DNA of 46,017 nucleotides. Source: Bacteroidaceae bacterium (lineage in GTDB: Bacteria; Bacillota; Clostridia; Oscillospirales; Oscillospiraceae). The position numbers and the translations under genes are program-made. The stretch covers positions 1 to 46,017 of the forward strand of contig CAVBAZ010000171.1 of assembly GCA_963593515.1 (NCBI GenBank), in the 5' to 3' direction. Shown one piece after another: positions 28,314-38,571 of this stretch. The stretch's first letter is position 1. The number at the start of each line of letters is the position of its first letter. The notes beneath the pieces were generated by a model, which was not told the DNA's origin, did no database searches, and saw only the letters and a program-made list of their open reading frames with translations.

Positions 28314-29567
28314 TTACATTTCCAACAGATTTTGCAGGGCGTTTCGATAGATGCGGCGCAGCCGCTCCATGTTGGCCAGTGTGATGTACTCGTTGCCCTC
28401 ATGCTCACGGCACTCCTCGCCGGGAAAGTTGGGGCCGAAGGCGATGATGTTGTCCATGGCGCGGGCATAGGTGCCGCCGCCGATAGCCAGGGGCTGAGAC
28501 ATGTCGCCGGTCTCCTGACGGTAGGCGTCCAGCAGGCGGGTCATGACCGGGCCGTTCTTATCCAGATACACCGGGCGCAGCGGGCTGGCGGGCAGCATGG
28601 TGAAGCCGTAGGTCTCCGCTGCGGTGCGCAGGGTATCCAGCACCGCCTGACCGTCGATGGTCTCCGGATGGCGGATGTCCACCGTCAGGCGGAGCTCTCC
28701 GTTCTCCACCCGCAGCATACCCACGTTCAGGGACAAGGGGCCGCTGTCGGGGGATCCCATGTTCAGGCCCAGACGCTTGCCGTACACATCGCCGCCGAAC
28801 AGGGCCGTATAGGCATCGGCAAATTTGCCGCCCTCGGTCTGGGACAGGTGGGTCAGCACCTTGTCGATGGCGTTTTCTCCGTTCCACGGAGCGCTGCCGT
28901 GGGCGGGCTTGCCCTCGGCGCTGTGGGTGCCGGAGACGGTCTCCACCACGCACTCATCCGGCACGATGTTGGGAGCGCTACCGCCGTGGGCGCTGAGGAT
29001 GCCGCTGCCCTCCAGGGGCATGGTGAGCGTCACCACGACGATGCCCTTCTCACAGTAGATGGCGGGAAAATCGCCGTCGGGGGTGATGCCGCAGGTGACC
29101 GGCTCCTCGTTGGCCACATAGGCCTCCATGTCGTACCAGTCGCCGTTTTCCTCCGTCTGGCCGAAGATCAGCCGGATGCGGCGGGGCATCTCCTTACCGG
29201 CGGCAGCGTAGGCGTCCGCCAGATCCTTGACGGCGTAGATGCTGATGATGGCCGGGCCTTTGTCGTCCAGCGTGCCGCGGCCATAAAGGCGGCCGTCCGC
29301 CACCGTTCCGGCGTAGGGAGGATAGTCCCAGCCCTTACCGGCGGGCACCACGTCCAGATGGCTCAGGACACCGATGATCTCGTCGCCCTGCCCCACCTCG
29401 GCATAGCCGTATTTTCCATCGGCGTTCTTCACGCGGAAGCCCAGCTTTTCGCACAACGCCAGCGTATACTCCAGCGCTTTGGCCGGGCCTGGGCCGTAGG
29501 GATAGCCGTCCTTGCCGTGATCGGCCACGGATTCGATGGCCAGCAGGCCCTTCAATGCTTCGATCAT
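28314..29567 (-). CDS. M20A Sapep/PepV-family dipeptidase
   Basis: HLDVVPAG, GRGTLDDKGP, TEE, PDGDFP, GGGTYAR; ATGA overlap with upstream gene. Confidence 0.92.
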   Translation of the reverse strand: MIEALKGLLAIESVADHGKDGYPYGPGPAKALEYTLALCEKLGFRVKNADGKYGYAEVGQGDEIIGVLSHLDVVPAGKGWDYPPYAGTVADGRLYGRGTLDDKGPAIISIYAVKDLADAYAAAGKEMPRRIRLIFGQTEENGDWYDMEAYVANEEPVTCGITPDGDFPAIYCEKGIVVVTLTMPLEGSGILSAHGGSAPNIVPDECVVETVSGTHSAEGKPAHGSAPWNGENAIDKVLTHLSQTEGGKFADAYTALFGGDVYGKRLGLNMGSPDSGPLSLNVGMLRVENGELRLTVDIRHPETIDGQAVLDTLRTAAETYGFTMLPASPLRPVYLDKNGPVMTRLLDAYRQETGDMSQPLAIGGGTYARAMDNIIAFGPNFPGEECREHEGNEYITLANMERLRRIYRNALQNLLEM

Positions 29568-31072
29568 ACGCTTACTCCATACAGTCCGGTATATTTCTCC
29601 GTCAGGTAATCCACATAGTAGTGGGGCGCAAAGGGTTCGCCGGTGGCGCCCCGCAGCAGCTCGTCCGCCGTCAGCAGCATGCCGTGGCGGTAGATCTTCT
29701 CCGTCAGCCACTGCTTCACCGGGGACAGGTCGCCCCGGGCGATGCAGGCGTTCACATCCAGCTCCCGCTCCAGCGCCGCCATGAACTGGGCGGAATAGGC
29801 GGTGCCCAGCGCGTAGCTGGGGAAGTAGCCGAAGGTGCCGTCGGCCCAGTGCATATCCTGAAGAACGCCGTGGGCGTCGTCGGGCACATCAACGCCCAAA
29901 TACTTCTTGTACAGCTCGTTCCACGCGGCGGGCAGGTCATCCACCGTCAGCTCATTGCGGAACAGCGCCTTTTCCAGTTCGTAGCGCACCAGCACATGGA
30001 AGGGGTAGGTCAGCTCGTCGGCATCGGTGCGGATCAGGCTGGGACGGGCCACATTGACGGCCCGGTAGAACATCTCCGGCGTGACGGATGCCATCTGCTC
30101 CGGGAACAGGCGGCACACCTCCGGGAAGATCAGGTCGCAGAAGGCGCGGCTGCGGGCGATATAGTTCTCCCACAGGCGGGACTGGCCCTCGTGAATGGCG
30201 GTGGTAGCGCCGTGGCCCATACAGGAGTGCAGCAGCTCCGGCGCGACGCCCAGCTCATACATGGCATGGCCGCTCTCGTGGACGACGGAGAACAGGTTGC
30301 TCAGCAGATCGTCCTCGAAATACTTGGTGGTGATGCGGACATCGTCACGGGAGAACTCCACCGTGAAGGGATGCTCTGACTCCCGCAGGACACAATGGGA
30401 CTTGTCAATGCCCATCACATCCATCAGATAGCCGGACAGCTCCTTCTGCTGCGGAATGGGGAAGGTGTTGTTCAGGAAGCCCATCTCCGGCTGAACGCCC
30501 TTCTGAATGATGGCGTGGAGCACCGGTGTCAGCTTCTCCCCCATCAGGTCAAAGAAGGGATCCAGCATGGCCTGGGTGCAGCCCTTCTCGAACTCGTTCA
30601 GCAGGGTGTCATAGACATCCGCGCCGGGGCGGATATAGTTGGCGTACTGGCGGCGGATCTCCACCATGTTGGCCAGATACGGCTTGAAGATAGAGAAATC
30701 GCTCTGCGCCTTGGCCAACTGCCAGTAGTGGCGGCCGGCGTTGGCGGCCTTCTCTGCCGCCATAACGGCCTCCTTGGGGACTTTTTCCTGCTTTTCCCGC
30801 TGCTCCCGCAGCTCCTCCACCTCGCGGCGGGTCTGGAAGTCCAGTTCATCCCGGCGCTCATACAGATCGGAGAGCAGCTGTCCGATGCGGGGATCCACGC
30901 TCATGCTGTGGATCTCACCGGCAATCAGCTCCATGGTGTCGCCGGTGGCGTCGGAGCCGCCGCCGGGCATGGAGGTATTGGCGTCATACGTCAGCAGATT
31001 GGCGACGTGGGCATAGGCGTGGAGCCTCTTCTGATAATCACGCAGCTCCTGTACTTGCTTTTCCAGTTCCAT
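29564..31072 (-). CDS. M32 carboxypeptidase
   Basis: HPF, DVRITT, HESGH, HEGQSR, IRTDADEL, GVLQDMHW, GYFPSYALG. Confidence 0.96.
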   Translation of the reverse strand: MELEKQVQELRDYQKRLHAYAHVANLLTYDANTSMPGGGSDATGDTMELIAGEIHSMSVDPRIGQLLSDLYERRDELDFQTRREVEELREQREKQEKVPKEAVMAAEKAANAGRHYWQLAKAQSDFSIFKPYLANMVEIRRQYANYIRPGADVYDTLLNEFEKGCTQAMLDPFFDLMGEKLTPVLHAIIQKGVQPEMGFLNNTFPIPQQKELSGYLMDVMGIDKSHCVLRESEHPFTVEFSRDDVRITTKYFEDDLLSNLFSVVHESGHAMYELGVAPELLHSCMGHGATTAIHEGQSRLWENYIARSRAFCDLIFPEVCRLFPEQMASVTPEMFYRAVNVARPSLIRTDADELTYPFHVLVRYELEKALFRNELTVDDLPAAWNELYKKYLGVDVPDDAHGVLQDMHWADGTFGYFPSYALGTAYSAQFMAALERELDVNACIARGDLSPVKQWLTEKIYRHGMLLTADELLRGATGEPFAPHYYVDYLTEKYTGLYGVSV

Positions 31073-31088
31073 GATCGTCCTTTCGTTA

Positions 31089-32057
31089 TTACAGGGTCTT
31101 GGCCTTCAGGCAGGCCACGAAATGTCCGGGCTCCACTTCCTCGAAGGGGATGTCACCCTGCGTGCACTCCTCCGTGGCGAAGGGGCAGCGGGCGGCGAAG
31201 CGGCAGCCGGGTTTGGGATTGATGGGGTTGGTGACCTCGCCCCGGATCAGCTGGGGCTTTTTGTTGCGCATGGAGATGCTGGGCACGGGGATGGCCGACA
31301 GCAGCGCCTTGGTGTAGGGGTGCAGCGGATCAACGAACAGGTGCTTGGACTCGCAGTACTCCACGCACTTGCCCAGATACATGACGGCGATCTGGTTGGA
31401 GATATGGCGCACCACCGACAGGTCGTGGGTGATGAACATATAGGTCAGGTTCCGCTCTTCCTGCAAGTCCATCAGCAGGTTCAGGATCTGGGCTTGGATG
31501 GACACATCCAGCGCGGATACCGGCTCGTCGCAGACGATGAACCGAGGATTCAGGGACAGGGCGCGGGCCACGCCGATACGCTGGCGGCGGCCGCCGTCCA
31601 GTTCGTGGGGATAAGCGCCGGACAGGCGCTCCGCCAGACCGACGGTGTCCATCAGCTCGGCCACCTTTTCGTACACCTCGCTGCTGGTCTTATAGATGCC
31701 CGCCACGATCAGCGGCTCGGCGATCAGCTCCTGCACGCTCATGCGGGGGTTCAAGCTGGCGTAGGGATCCTGGAATATCATCTGCATGTCGCGGCGGATC
31801 TTGGCCAGCTTCTTGGCCTTGTAATGGGTGATGTCCTCGCCGTCGTAGATGATGCGGCCGCTGGTCGGCTCGTGGAGCTTCAGCACTGTGCGGCCCAGCG
31901 TGGACTTGCCGCAGCCGGACTCGCCCACCACGCCCAGCGTCTCGCCCTCGTTGATCTTCAGGGTGATGCCGTCCACCGCGTGAAGGGTGGCGTTCTTGTT
32001 GATCTGAAAGTATTTGCACAGGTTGTCCATTTCGATCAGGGGATGCTTCTGGTTCAT
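31089..32057 (-). CDS. Oligo/dipeptide ABC transporter ATPase (OppF/DppF)
   Basis: [40 protein letters not shown]. Confidence 0.96.
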   Translation of the reverse strand: MNQKHPLIEMDNLCKYFQINKNATLHAVDGITLKINEGETLGVVGESGCGKSTLGRTVLKLHEPTSGRIIYDGEDITHYKAKKLAKIRRDMQMIFQDPYASLNPRMSVQELIAEPLIVAGIYKTSSEVYEKVAELMDTVGLAERLSGAYPHELDGGRRQRIGVARALSLNPRFIVCDEPVSALDVSIQAQILNLLMDLQEERNLTYMFITHDLSVVRHISNQIAVMYLGKCVEYCESKHLFVDPLHPYTKALLSAIPVPSISMRNKKPQLIRGEVTNPINPKPGCRFAARCPFATEECTQGDIPFEEVEPGHFVACLKAKTL

Positions 32058-32059
32058 GG

Positions 32060-33172
32060 TCAGACCTCCTCCTTTTCATCAAACAGGAAGCACTTGATGT
32101 GCAGGCCATCCACATCGCAGGTCTCGGGATGGCACTGGCGGCAGCGCTCCGTGGCGTGGGGACAGCGGGGAGAGAAATAGCAGCCCTGGGGCAGATCGGT
32201 GGGATCGGGCATCATGCCGTCGATGGGGTGCAGGCGTCTTTCGTCGGCCTCCAAGTTGGGGATGGAGTTGAACAGGCCCACCGTGTAGGGGTGATGCTTA
32301 TCGCCGGTGAACACCTGCTCCACTGTGCCGTACTCGATGATCTCGCCGGCGTACATGACGGCCACCTTGTCGCAGGTCTGGGCCACGATGCCCAGATCGT
32401 GGGTGATCATGATCATGGAGGTATCCAGCTTCTCCTGCAGCTCCATCATCATGGCCAGTACCTGTGCCTGAATGGTCACATCCAGCGCCGTGGTGGGCTC
32501 GTCGGCGATCAGCAGCATGGGGTTGCAGGCCAGCGCGATGGCGATGACCACGCGCTGCTTCATGCCGCCGGAGAACTGATGGGGATAGTCCTTCTTGCGG
32601 CTGGGCATGATGCCCACCATCTCAAGAACCTCCTCCACGCGGGCCTCCAGCTCGGCACGGGTATGGCCCTCGTTGTGCATCTGGAGGGCCTCCAAAATCT
32701 GATCGCCCACCGTCAGCACCGGGTTCAGCGCCGTCATGGGATCCTGGAAGATCATGGAGATCTTCTCGCCCCGGATGCCCAGCATCTGCTTATTATTCAA
32801 ATAGGTAGGGGCGGGCAGCTCCACAGCGGGCGATTCCGCGCTCTCGCCTTCCGGCGTTCCCTCTGGAGCCTCCGGCGTGTGGGCGGCAATGTAGTCCTCC
32901 TCGGAGATGGCGGTGCCGTCCTTGTCACGGATGGCAAGGATATCCTCGCCGTCGAACCAGATGGAGCCGCGGTTGGTGCGGGTGGTGCGCTCCGGCAGCA
33001 GGCCCAGAATGGACAGGGCCGTGGTGGTCTTGCCCGCGCCGGTCTCGCCCACCAGTCCCAGCGTCTCGCCCTTGTCCAACGTCAGGGAAATGCCGTTGAC
33101 GGCATGTACCGTTTCCAGATCGGTTCGGTAGTCAATCTGCAGGTCTTTGATCTTCAATAAAGCTTCACTCAT
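32060..33172 (-). CDS. Oligo/dipeptide ABC transporter ATPase (OppD/DppD)
   Basis: [35 protein letters not shown]. Confidence 0.96.
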   Translation of the reverse strand: MSEALLKIKDLQIDYRTDLETVHAVNGISLTLDKGETLGLVGETGAGKTTTALSILGLLPERTTRTNRGSIWFDGEDILAIRDKDGTAISEEDYIAAHTPEAPEGTPEGESAESPAVELPAPTYLNNKQMLGIRGEKISMIFQDPMTALNPVLTVGDQILEALQMHNEGHTRAELEARVEEVLEMVGIMPSRKKDYPHQFSGGMKQRVVIAIALACNPMLLIADEPTTALDVTIQAQVLAMMMELQEKLDTSMIMITHDLGIVAQTCDKVAVMYAGEIIEYGTVEQVFTGDKHHPYTVGLFNSIPNLEADERRLHPIDGMMPDPTDLPQGCYFSPRCPHATERCRQCHPETCDVDGLHIKCFLFDEKEEV

Positions 33173-33186
33173 GATTCGTCCCTCCC

Positions 33187-34065
33187 TTAATCCTTCAGCT
33201 TGGGATCCAGTGCGTCACGCAGGCCGTCACCGGCCAGATTGAAGCTCAGCGCCGCGATGACGATGAACAGGCCGGGGATGTACAGCAGATGGGGCGCGGA
33301 GAACATATAGGTCTCGGCGTCAGACAGCAGCGCGCCCCATTCGGGAGCGGGCGGCTGCACGCCCATGCCCAGAAAGCTCAGGCCGGAGGCGGACAGGATC
33401 ATGGTGGCCACGTTCATGGTGGCGGTCACGATGATGGGGCCCAGCGCATTGGGGATGACGTATTTCAGGATGATGCGCATGTCGCTGGTGCCGTAGGAGC
33501 GGGCGGCCTCGATATAGTCCTCCTCCACCACGCCCAGCACCACCGAGCGCACCATACGGATGATGCCGGGGACGCAGGACACGGTAATGGCGATCAGCAG
33601 GTTGCGGAGGTTGGCGCCCAGCGCCGCCACAACGGCAAGGCTCAGCAGGATGGGCGGCACGGTCATGATGACATCGGTGATGCGCATGATGACGTTGTCC
33701 ACCCAGCCGCCGTAGTAGGCGGCCACGGCGCCCAGCAGGCCGCCGATGACCATGGACACGATGGTGGTGATGATGCCGATGGCCAGCGAGTAGCGGGAGC
33801 CGTGGATGATGCGGGCGAACAGGTCGCGGCCCGCTTCATCGGTGCCGAACCAGTGGGCCGCGCTGGGGCCCTGCAGGCGGTTGGGGATATCCTGCGCGAT
33901 GGCGTTTTCATAGGGAACGATCACATCGGCAAAGATGGCGATGCCCACCACGAAGATCAGCAGTACAAGGCCCAGCATGGCGGTCTTGCTCTTGCGGAAG
34001 CGCCGCCAGATCTCTTTGGCCTGACTGTTTTTCTTGCTCTTTTTGATCACTTTTTTCTCGTTCAT
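33187..34065 (-). CDS. Peptide ABC permease (OppC/DppC)
   Basis: HWFGTDEAGRD, YIEAARSYG, LSFLGMGVQPP..EWG, GDGLRDALDPK. Confidence 0.96.
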   Translation of the reverse strand: MNEKKVIKKSKKNSQAKEIWRRFRKSKTAMLGLVLLIFVVGIAIFADVIVPYENAIAQDIPNRLQGPSAAHWFGTDEAGRDLFARIIHGSRYSLAIGIITTIVSMVIGGLLGAVAAYYGGWVDNVIMRITDVIMTVPPILLSLAVVAALGANLRNLLIAITVSCVPGIIRMVRSVVLGVVEEDYIEAARSYGTSDMRIILKYVIPNALGPIIVTATMNVATMILSASGLSFLGMGVQPPAPEWGALLSDAETYMFSAPHLLYIPGLFIVIAALSFNLAGDGLRDALDPKLKD

Positions 34066-34087
34066 CAGTGTGCTCTCCTTTCCGCCG

Positions 34088-35020
34088 TCAGGACTTATAC
34101 AGTGCCTTGATGCGCGGGTCGATATAGGCGTAGAGGATATCGACGACGAGCATTACGATACAGAACAGCGCAGCCAGAAACAGTGTGGCCGCCAGCACCA
34201 CAGGGGTGTCCTTCTGCCGGATGGATTTAACGATCAGCATACCGATGCCCGGCATGCCGAACACCGTCTCGCAGATAACGGCGCCGCCCAGAGAGGCGCC
34301 GAAGCTCATGCCCATGGAGGTGATCACCGGCAGCAGGGCGTTGCGCAGGGCGTGCTTCCAGATGACGACCTTTTCCGGCACGCCCTTGCTGCGGGCGGTG
34401 CGGATGTAGTCCTGACGTATCGTTTCCAGCATGGTGGAGCGGGTCAGACGCATATCGCTGGCGGCGCTGCCCAGTGCCAGCGTGATGGTGGGCAGGATGT
34501 AGCCGGTCCAGCTGTCGATGCCGCTGAAGGGGAGCCAGCCCAGCTTCAGGGCGAAAAGGATCATCAGCATCAGGCCCAGCCAGAAGCCGGGCATGGCGGA
34601 GAAGAACATGGCCAGCGTGGTCAGCACGTTATCCAGCCATGAATACTGCTTCACGGCGGAGACAATGCCCAGCACCACGCCCAGACCCACACCCAGAATG
34701 GTGGAGGTGATGGCCAGCGTCAGTGTGCAGGGGAAGCGGGACATGATGGACTGGAACACCGGCTCGCCGTTGCGGTACGAGGTTCCGAAGTCGAAGTGCA
34801 GGACGATGCCCTTCAGGTAATTGAAGAACTGCTCGAAGAACGGCAGATCCGCGCCCAGCTTGTGGTTCAGCGCGGCGATGTCCTCCGGCTTGGCGGTGAT
34901 GCCAAGGATCAGCTCGGCGGGGGTACCCGGCGTCAGGTACATGATGGCGTACACCAGAAAAATGGCGCCAAGCAGAACCGGTATGGTCAACAGGATCCGC
35001 TTGATAACGTATTTGTACAT
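34088..35020 (-). CDS. Peptide ABC permease (OppB/DppB)
   Basis: DFGTSY, QDYIRTARSKG, HALRNAL, ETVFGMPGIG, DILYAYIDPR. Confidence 0.96.
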   Translation of the reverse strand: MYKYVIKRILLTIPVLLGAIFLVYAIMYLTPGTPAELILGITAKPEDIAALNHKLGADLPFFEQFFNYLKGIVLHFDFGTSYRNGEPVFQSIMSRFPCTLTLAITSTILGVGLGVVLGIVSAVKQYSWLDNVLTTLAMFFSAMPGFWLGLMLMILFALKLGWLPFSGIDSWTGYILPTITLALGSAASDMRLTRSTMLETIRQDYIRTARSKGVPEKVVIWKHALRNALLPVITSMGMSFGASLGGAVICETVFGMPGIGMLIVKSIRQKDTPVVLAATLFLAALFCIVMLVVDILYAYIDPRIKALYKS

Positions 35021-35070
35021 ACGATCTCCTCCCTGTTATCTGCGGAGCGTGGCTCCGGGGTGTTAAGGTC

Positions 35071-35156
35071 ATTTTACTTTCGTTTTGCAAAAATGTCAAT
35101 AATTTTATAAAATCTCTCGAAAAAATATTGCAAAATACCGAAAGATTTGATAATAT
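35071..35156. promoter_or_regulatory. Back-to-back promoters with a central palindrome
   Basis: Minus: TTGACA (35099-35094), 17 bp, TAAAAT. Plus: TTGCAA (35128-35133), 17 bp, TG-n-TAATAT. Palindrome ATTTTATAAAAT at 35102-35113. Confidence 0.7.
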
Positions 35157-35249
35157 GTAGTCGAAGAGAAGGAACACCCCTGATTTTTAGTCGATGTTTC
35201 CCTTTTTTCGGTCTGTGTAATCGTAATAATGTATATAGGAGGATGAAGC

Positions 35250-37199
35250 ATGAGCGAAATGAAATGGCCCTATCCTGCCAAGGTGAGCCAAGTCAACCGC
35301 ATGGAGGCGGATGTGATCGTGCTGGGCGGCGGCATTGCCGGATGCATGGCCGCCATCAACGCCGCCAAACGCGGCCAGAGCGTGATCCTGGTGGAAAAGG
35401 GCGCCACCAAGCGTTCCGGCGCAGGCGGCAGCGGCTGCGACCACTGGGAAAGCGCCGCCACCAACCCCTGCTCCGGTGTCTCTCCGGAGGATCTGGTGCA
35501 GGCCATGCTGGACGACAACGACGGCTACAACAACGGCATCTCTCATTATATAGAATGCCGCGAGGGCTGGGATCACCTGCAGGAGATTGAGAAGATGGGC
35601 GGCAAGATCCGGGATACCGAGGACGAGTTCAAGGGCGCGGACTTCCGGGATGAAAAGACCAAGCTGATGTTCGCCTATGACTATAAGAACAAGTTCACCA
35701 TCCGCATCTGGGGCACCACCTTCAAGCCCGCTATGGAGAAGGAGTGCCGCCGTCTGGGCGTGAAGATCGTGGATCGTGTCATGGTCACCTCCCTGCTGAC
35801 CGAGGGCGGCAAGAACGGTGCCAAGTGCGTGGGCGCTACCGGCGTTCACACCCGCACCGGCGAGTTCTATGTGTTCTCCTGCAAGGCGGCCATCATCACC
35901 ATGAGCCGTCCCGCCCGCGTGTGGCTGTTCTCCGCCGCCTATCCCGGCCTGTGCGAGTTCCGCCCCATGTGCACCATCGGCGACGGCCACGCCATGGGCT
36001 GGCGTGCCGGTGCGGAGTTCAACATGATGGAAAAATCCGTCCGGGCTGAGTTTTCCTCCGCCGGACGCTCCTTCCCGCCCTATTCCGCGGGCAACAACCA
36101 CAACACCTGGTATCCCGCCTCCCTCATCGACGCCGAGGGCAAGGAGATCCCCTACGCCGACCGTGACGGCAACATCCTGACCAATGTGGCCCAGCGCTTC
36201 CAGCCTGCCAAGGGTCAGCACTATTTCCTGAAGGGCGGCAACATCGAGCAGGCCAAGTACGCCTACGACGGCCCGGAGACCCTGCCCTATGACAAGCTGA
36301 AGGAGATGGGCTACAAGCTGCCCTTCTACGCTGATCTGTCCAACATGCCGGAGCTGGAGCGGAAGGTTATTTGGGGTATGATGGTTGGCCAGGAGGGCAA
36401 GACCAATGTGCCCGTATACAAGAACTTCACCGAGGCGGGCTTCGATCCCACCAAGGACGTGCTGCAGTGCTACGGCGTGGGCTGGACCAGCGCCGAGTTC
36501 CTGCCTCAGGAGCGCCAGCTGTTCGGCATGCCCGGCGGCTTCATGAACGACTGGGATCTGATGACCAACATCCCCGGCCTGTTCGTGGCGGGCGACTCCC
36601 TGTTCTCCTCCAACTGCTTCGGCCATGCCGCCTCCACCGGCGCTTACGCCGGACGTAAGGCCGCGGCCTACGCTGCCAAGCAGGAGGGTATCATCGCTCC
36701 CTGCGAGACCCAGATCGCAAACGAGATGGAGCGCGTTTACGCGCCGCTGGGCGGCGACCCCATCAACGGCGTCAGCTGGAAGGAGCTGAACGAGGCCATC
36801 GCCAAGGCCATGCAGAACTACTGCGGCGAGCAGAAGCGGGACGAGCTGCTGCTGTCCGGTGTAGAGCTGCTGGAGCGCTATGAAAAGGAGATCGTGCCCC
36901 ACACCTATGCCGCCAACCCCCACGAGCTGATGCGTCTGCTGGAGGTGTTCGACATCCTGACGGTGGCCCAGATCATCCTGCAAGCCTGCCTGGCCCGCCA
37001 CCAGACCTGCCCCAAGCTGGAGTTCTACCGCACCGACGACGACGGCAAGGCCATGGCTCCCTTCATCTGCATCCACAACGACGGCGAAAAGGTCGTGGCC
37101 CGCGAGGTGCCGCTTGACTACGCCGGTAATATCAAGGAAAATTACGAGAAGCACAATCAGGACTATATGGCAGAAATGGCAAAGGAGGCGCAGGCATGA
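35250..37199 (+). CDS. FAD-dependent oxidoreductase, AprA-like (SdhA/FrdA/AprA superfamily), substrate unknown
   Basis: VLGGGIAG, EKG...RSGA, GDGHAMGWRAGA, TNIPGLFVAGD, C-terminal helical domain. Confidence 0.88.
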   Translation: MSEMKWPYPAKVSQVNRMEADVIVLGGGIAGCMAAINAAKRGQSVILVEKGATKRSGAGGSGCDHWESAATNPCSGVSPEDLVQAMLDDNDGYNNGISHYIECREGWDHLQEIEKMGGKIRDTEDEFKGADFRDEKTKLMFAYDYKNKFTIRIWGTTFKPAMEKECRRLGVKIVDRVMVTSLLTEGGKNGAKCVGATGVHTRTGEFYVFSCKAAIITMSRPARVWLFSAAYPGLCEFRPMCTIGDGHAMGWRAGAEFNMMEKSVRAEFSSAGRSFPPYSAGNNHNTWYPASLIDAEGKEIPYADRDGNILTNVAQRFQPAKGQHYFLKGGNIEQAKYAYDGPETLPYDKLKEMGYKLPFYADLSNMPELERKVIWGMMVGQEGKTNVPVYKNFTEAGFDPTKDVLQCYGVGWTSAEFLPQERQLFGMPGGFMNDWDLMTNIPGLFVAGDSLFSSNCFGHAASTGAYAGRKAAAYAAKQEGIIAPCETQIANEMERVYAPLGGDPINGVSWKELNEAIAKAMQNYCGEQKRDELLLSGVELLERYEKEIVPHTYAANPHELMRLLEVFDILTVAQIILQACLARHQTCPKLEFYRTDDDGKAMAPFICIHNDGEKVVAREVPLDYAGNIKENYEKHNQDYMAEMAKEAQA

Positions 37200-37489
37200 A
37201 AGAGATCAAGGAATTTGGCTTCCGTCAGACGCCGCCTGCCACGCCGCTGCGGTTCGACGCGGAGAAGTGCATCGGCTGCAACCGCTGCATGGAGGCGTGC
37301 ATGATCGACGTGATGACCCCCGGCGAAAAGGGCAGCCATCCCGTGGTGTCCTATCCCGACGAGTGCTGGTACTGCGGCTGCTGCGTGATGGAGTGCCCCA
37401 CCGGCGCCATCAGCCTGCACCATCCGCTGATGAACCAGACCCGCTGGGTGGAGAAGGCCAGTCTGCTGAAAAACAGAAAGGAGAACTAA
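37196..37489 (+). CDS. AprB-like 2x[4Fe-4S] ferredoxin
   Basis: CIGCNRCMEAC and PDECWYCGCCVMECP; ATGA overlap with the flavoprotein. Confidence 0.93.
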   Translation: MKEIKEFGFRQTPPATPLRFDAEKCIGCNRCMEACMIDVMTPGEKGSHPVVSYPDECWYCGCCVMECPTGAISLHHPLMNQTRWVEKASLLKNRKEN

Positions 37490-37493
37490 GCGT

Positions 37494-38507
37494 ATGGCAA
37501 ATTTTGAGCTGCTGAAGGAGCTGACCCAGGCATGGGGCGTGGCAGGCCGGGAAAAGGCCGTGCGGGCCATCGTGCTGCGCGAGCTGGAGGGCCATGTGGA
37601 CAACGCCTATGTGGACAACATCGGCAACATCATCGCCGTCAAGCACGGTAAGGGCGGCCCCGACAGCAAGAAGATCATGCTCTCCGCCCATATGGACGAG
37701 ATCGGCCTTCAGGTGAAGAAGATCGAGTCCGACGGCCGCATCAAGGTATGCCATGTGGGCTGGGTCTGGACCTCCGCCCTGTATAACGATCAGGTGGTGT
37801 TCCAGAACGGCACCATCGGCGTGGTGGGCTGCGACGGCAAGATCGAGGATGCCAAGAACGACAGCGGCAAGCTGTACATCGACATCGGCTGCACCAGCAA
37901 GGAGGACACCGAGAAGTACGTCAAGGTGGGCGATTACGCCGGTTTTGTGGGCCCGTGGTACGAGCTGCAGAACGGCCGCATCAGCGCCAAGACCTTCGAC
38001 GACCGGGTGGGCTGCTTCATGCTGCTGGAGGCCTTGAAGCGGAACAAGGGCGAGTGCCCCAACGATGTGTACTACGTCTTCTCCGTGCAGGAGGAGGTGG
38101 GCTGCCGCGGCGCCGTTACCGCCGCCCATCAGATCCGCCCCGACATCGGCATCAGCGTGGACGTGACCCCCGACCATGCCTATCCCTGCGATCTGGAGGG
38201 CTGCAACGCCGTGGGCGAGGGCATCAGCGTCACGCTGGGCGACCCCAGCGCCATGCTGGACGAGGATCTGGTCAACGAGATGCTGGCCTGCTGCGAGGAG
38301 AACGGCATCCGCTATCAGCGGGGCGTGATGGATCGCGGCGGCACCGATGCCAGCTCCATGAACCAGTCCGGCGACGGCGTCCGGGTGGCCGGTATCGCCG
38401 TGGTGGACCGCTATCCCCACAGCAAGTGCTCCGTCATCGCCAAGGATGACGTGACCGCCGGTATCGACCTGCTGGACAAGTACACCCACCGCGTATTCAA
38501 ATTCTGA
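37494..38507 (+). CDS. M42-family aminopeptidase
   Basis: AHMDEIG, LYIDIG, FDDRVG, QEEVGCRGA, GGTDA, YPHS. Confidence 0.93.
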   Translation: MANFELLKELTQAWGVAGREKAVRAIVLRELEGHVDNAYVDNIGNIIAVKHGKGGPDSKKIMLSAHMDEIGLQVKKIESDGRIKVCHVGWVWTSALYNDQVVFQNGTIGVVGCDGKIEDAKNDSGKLYIDIGCTSKEDTEKYVKVGDYAGFVGPWYELQNGRISAKTFDDRVGCFMLLEALKRNKGECPNDVYYVFSVQEEVGCRGAVTAAHQIRPDIGISVDVTPDHAYPCDLEGCNAVGEGISVTLGDPSAMLDEDLVNEMLACCEENGIRYQRGVMDRGGTDASSMNQSGDGVRVAGIAVVDRYPHSKCSVIAKDDVTAGIDLLDKYTHRVFKF

Positions 38508-38571
38508 GCAAGTTTTCCCGTATCTCCACGCCGGAATGGCGTCAAAATAAAAAATGAAAAGGAGACACCCC

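Noticed and set aside
16698..29711. Extended N-termini in the ORF track for rplM, TtcA, spoIID, pepT and the M20 dipeptidase
   Set aside because: Downstream ATGs have clear SD sequences or coupling and match family starts
35250..37489. Calling aprAB / dissimilatory sulfate reduction
   Set aside because: No sat, qmo or dsr in the window, active-site segments look diverged, and the context is peptide catabolism; no gene symbol given
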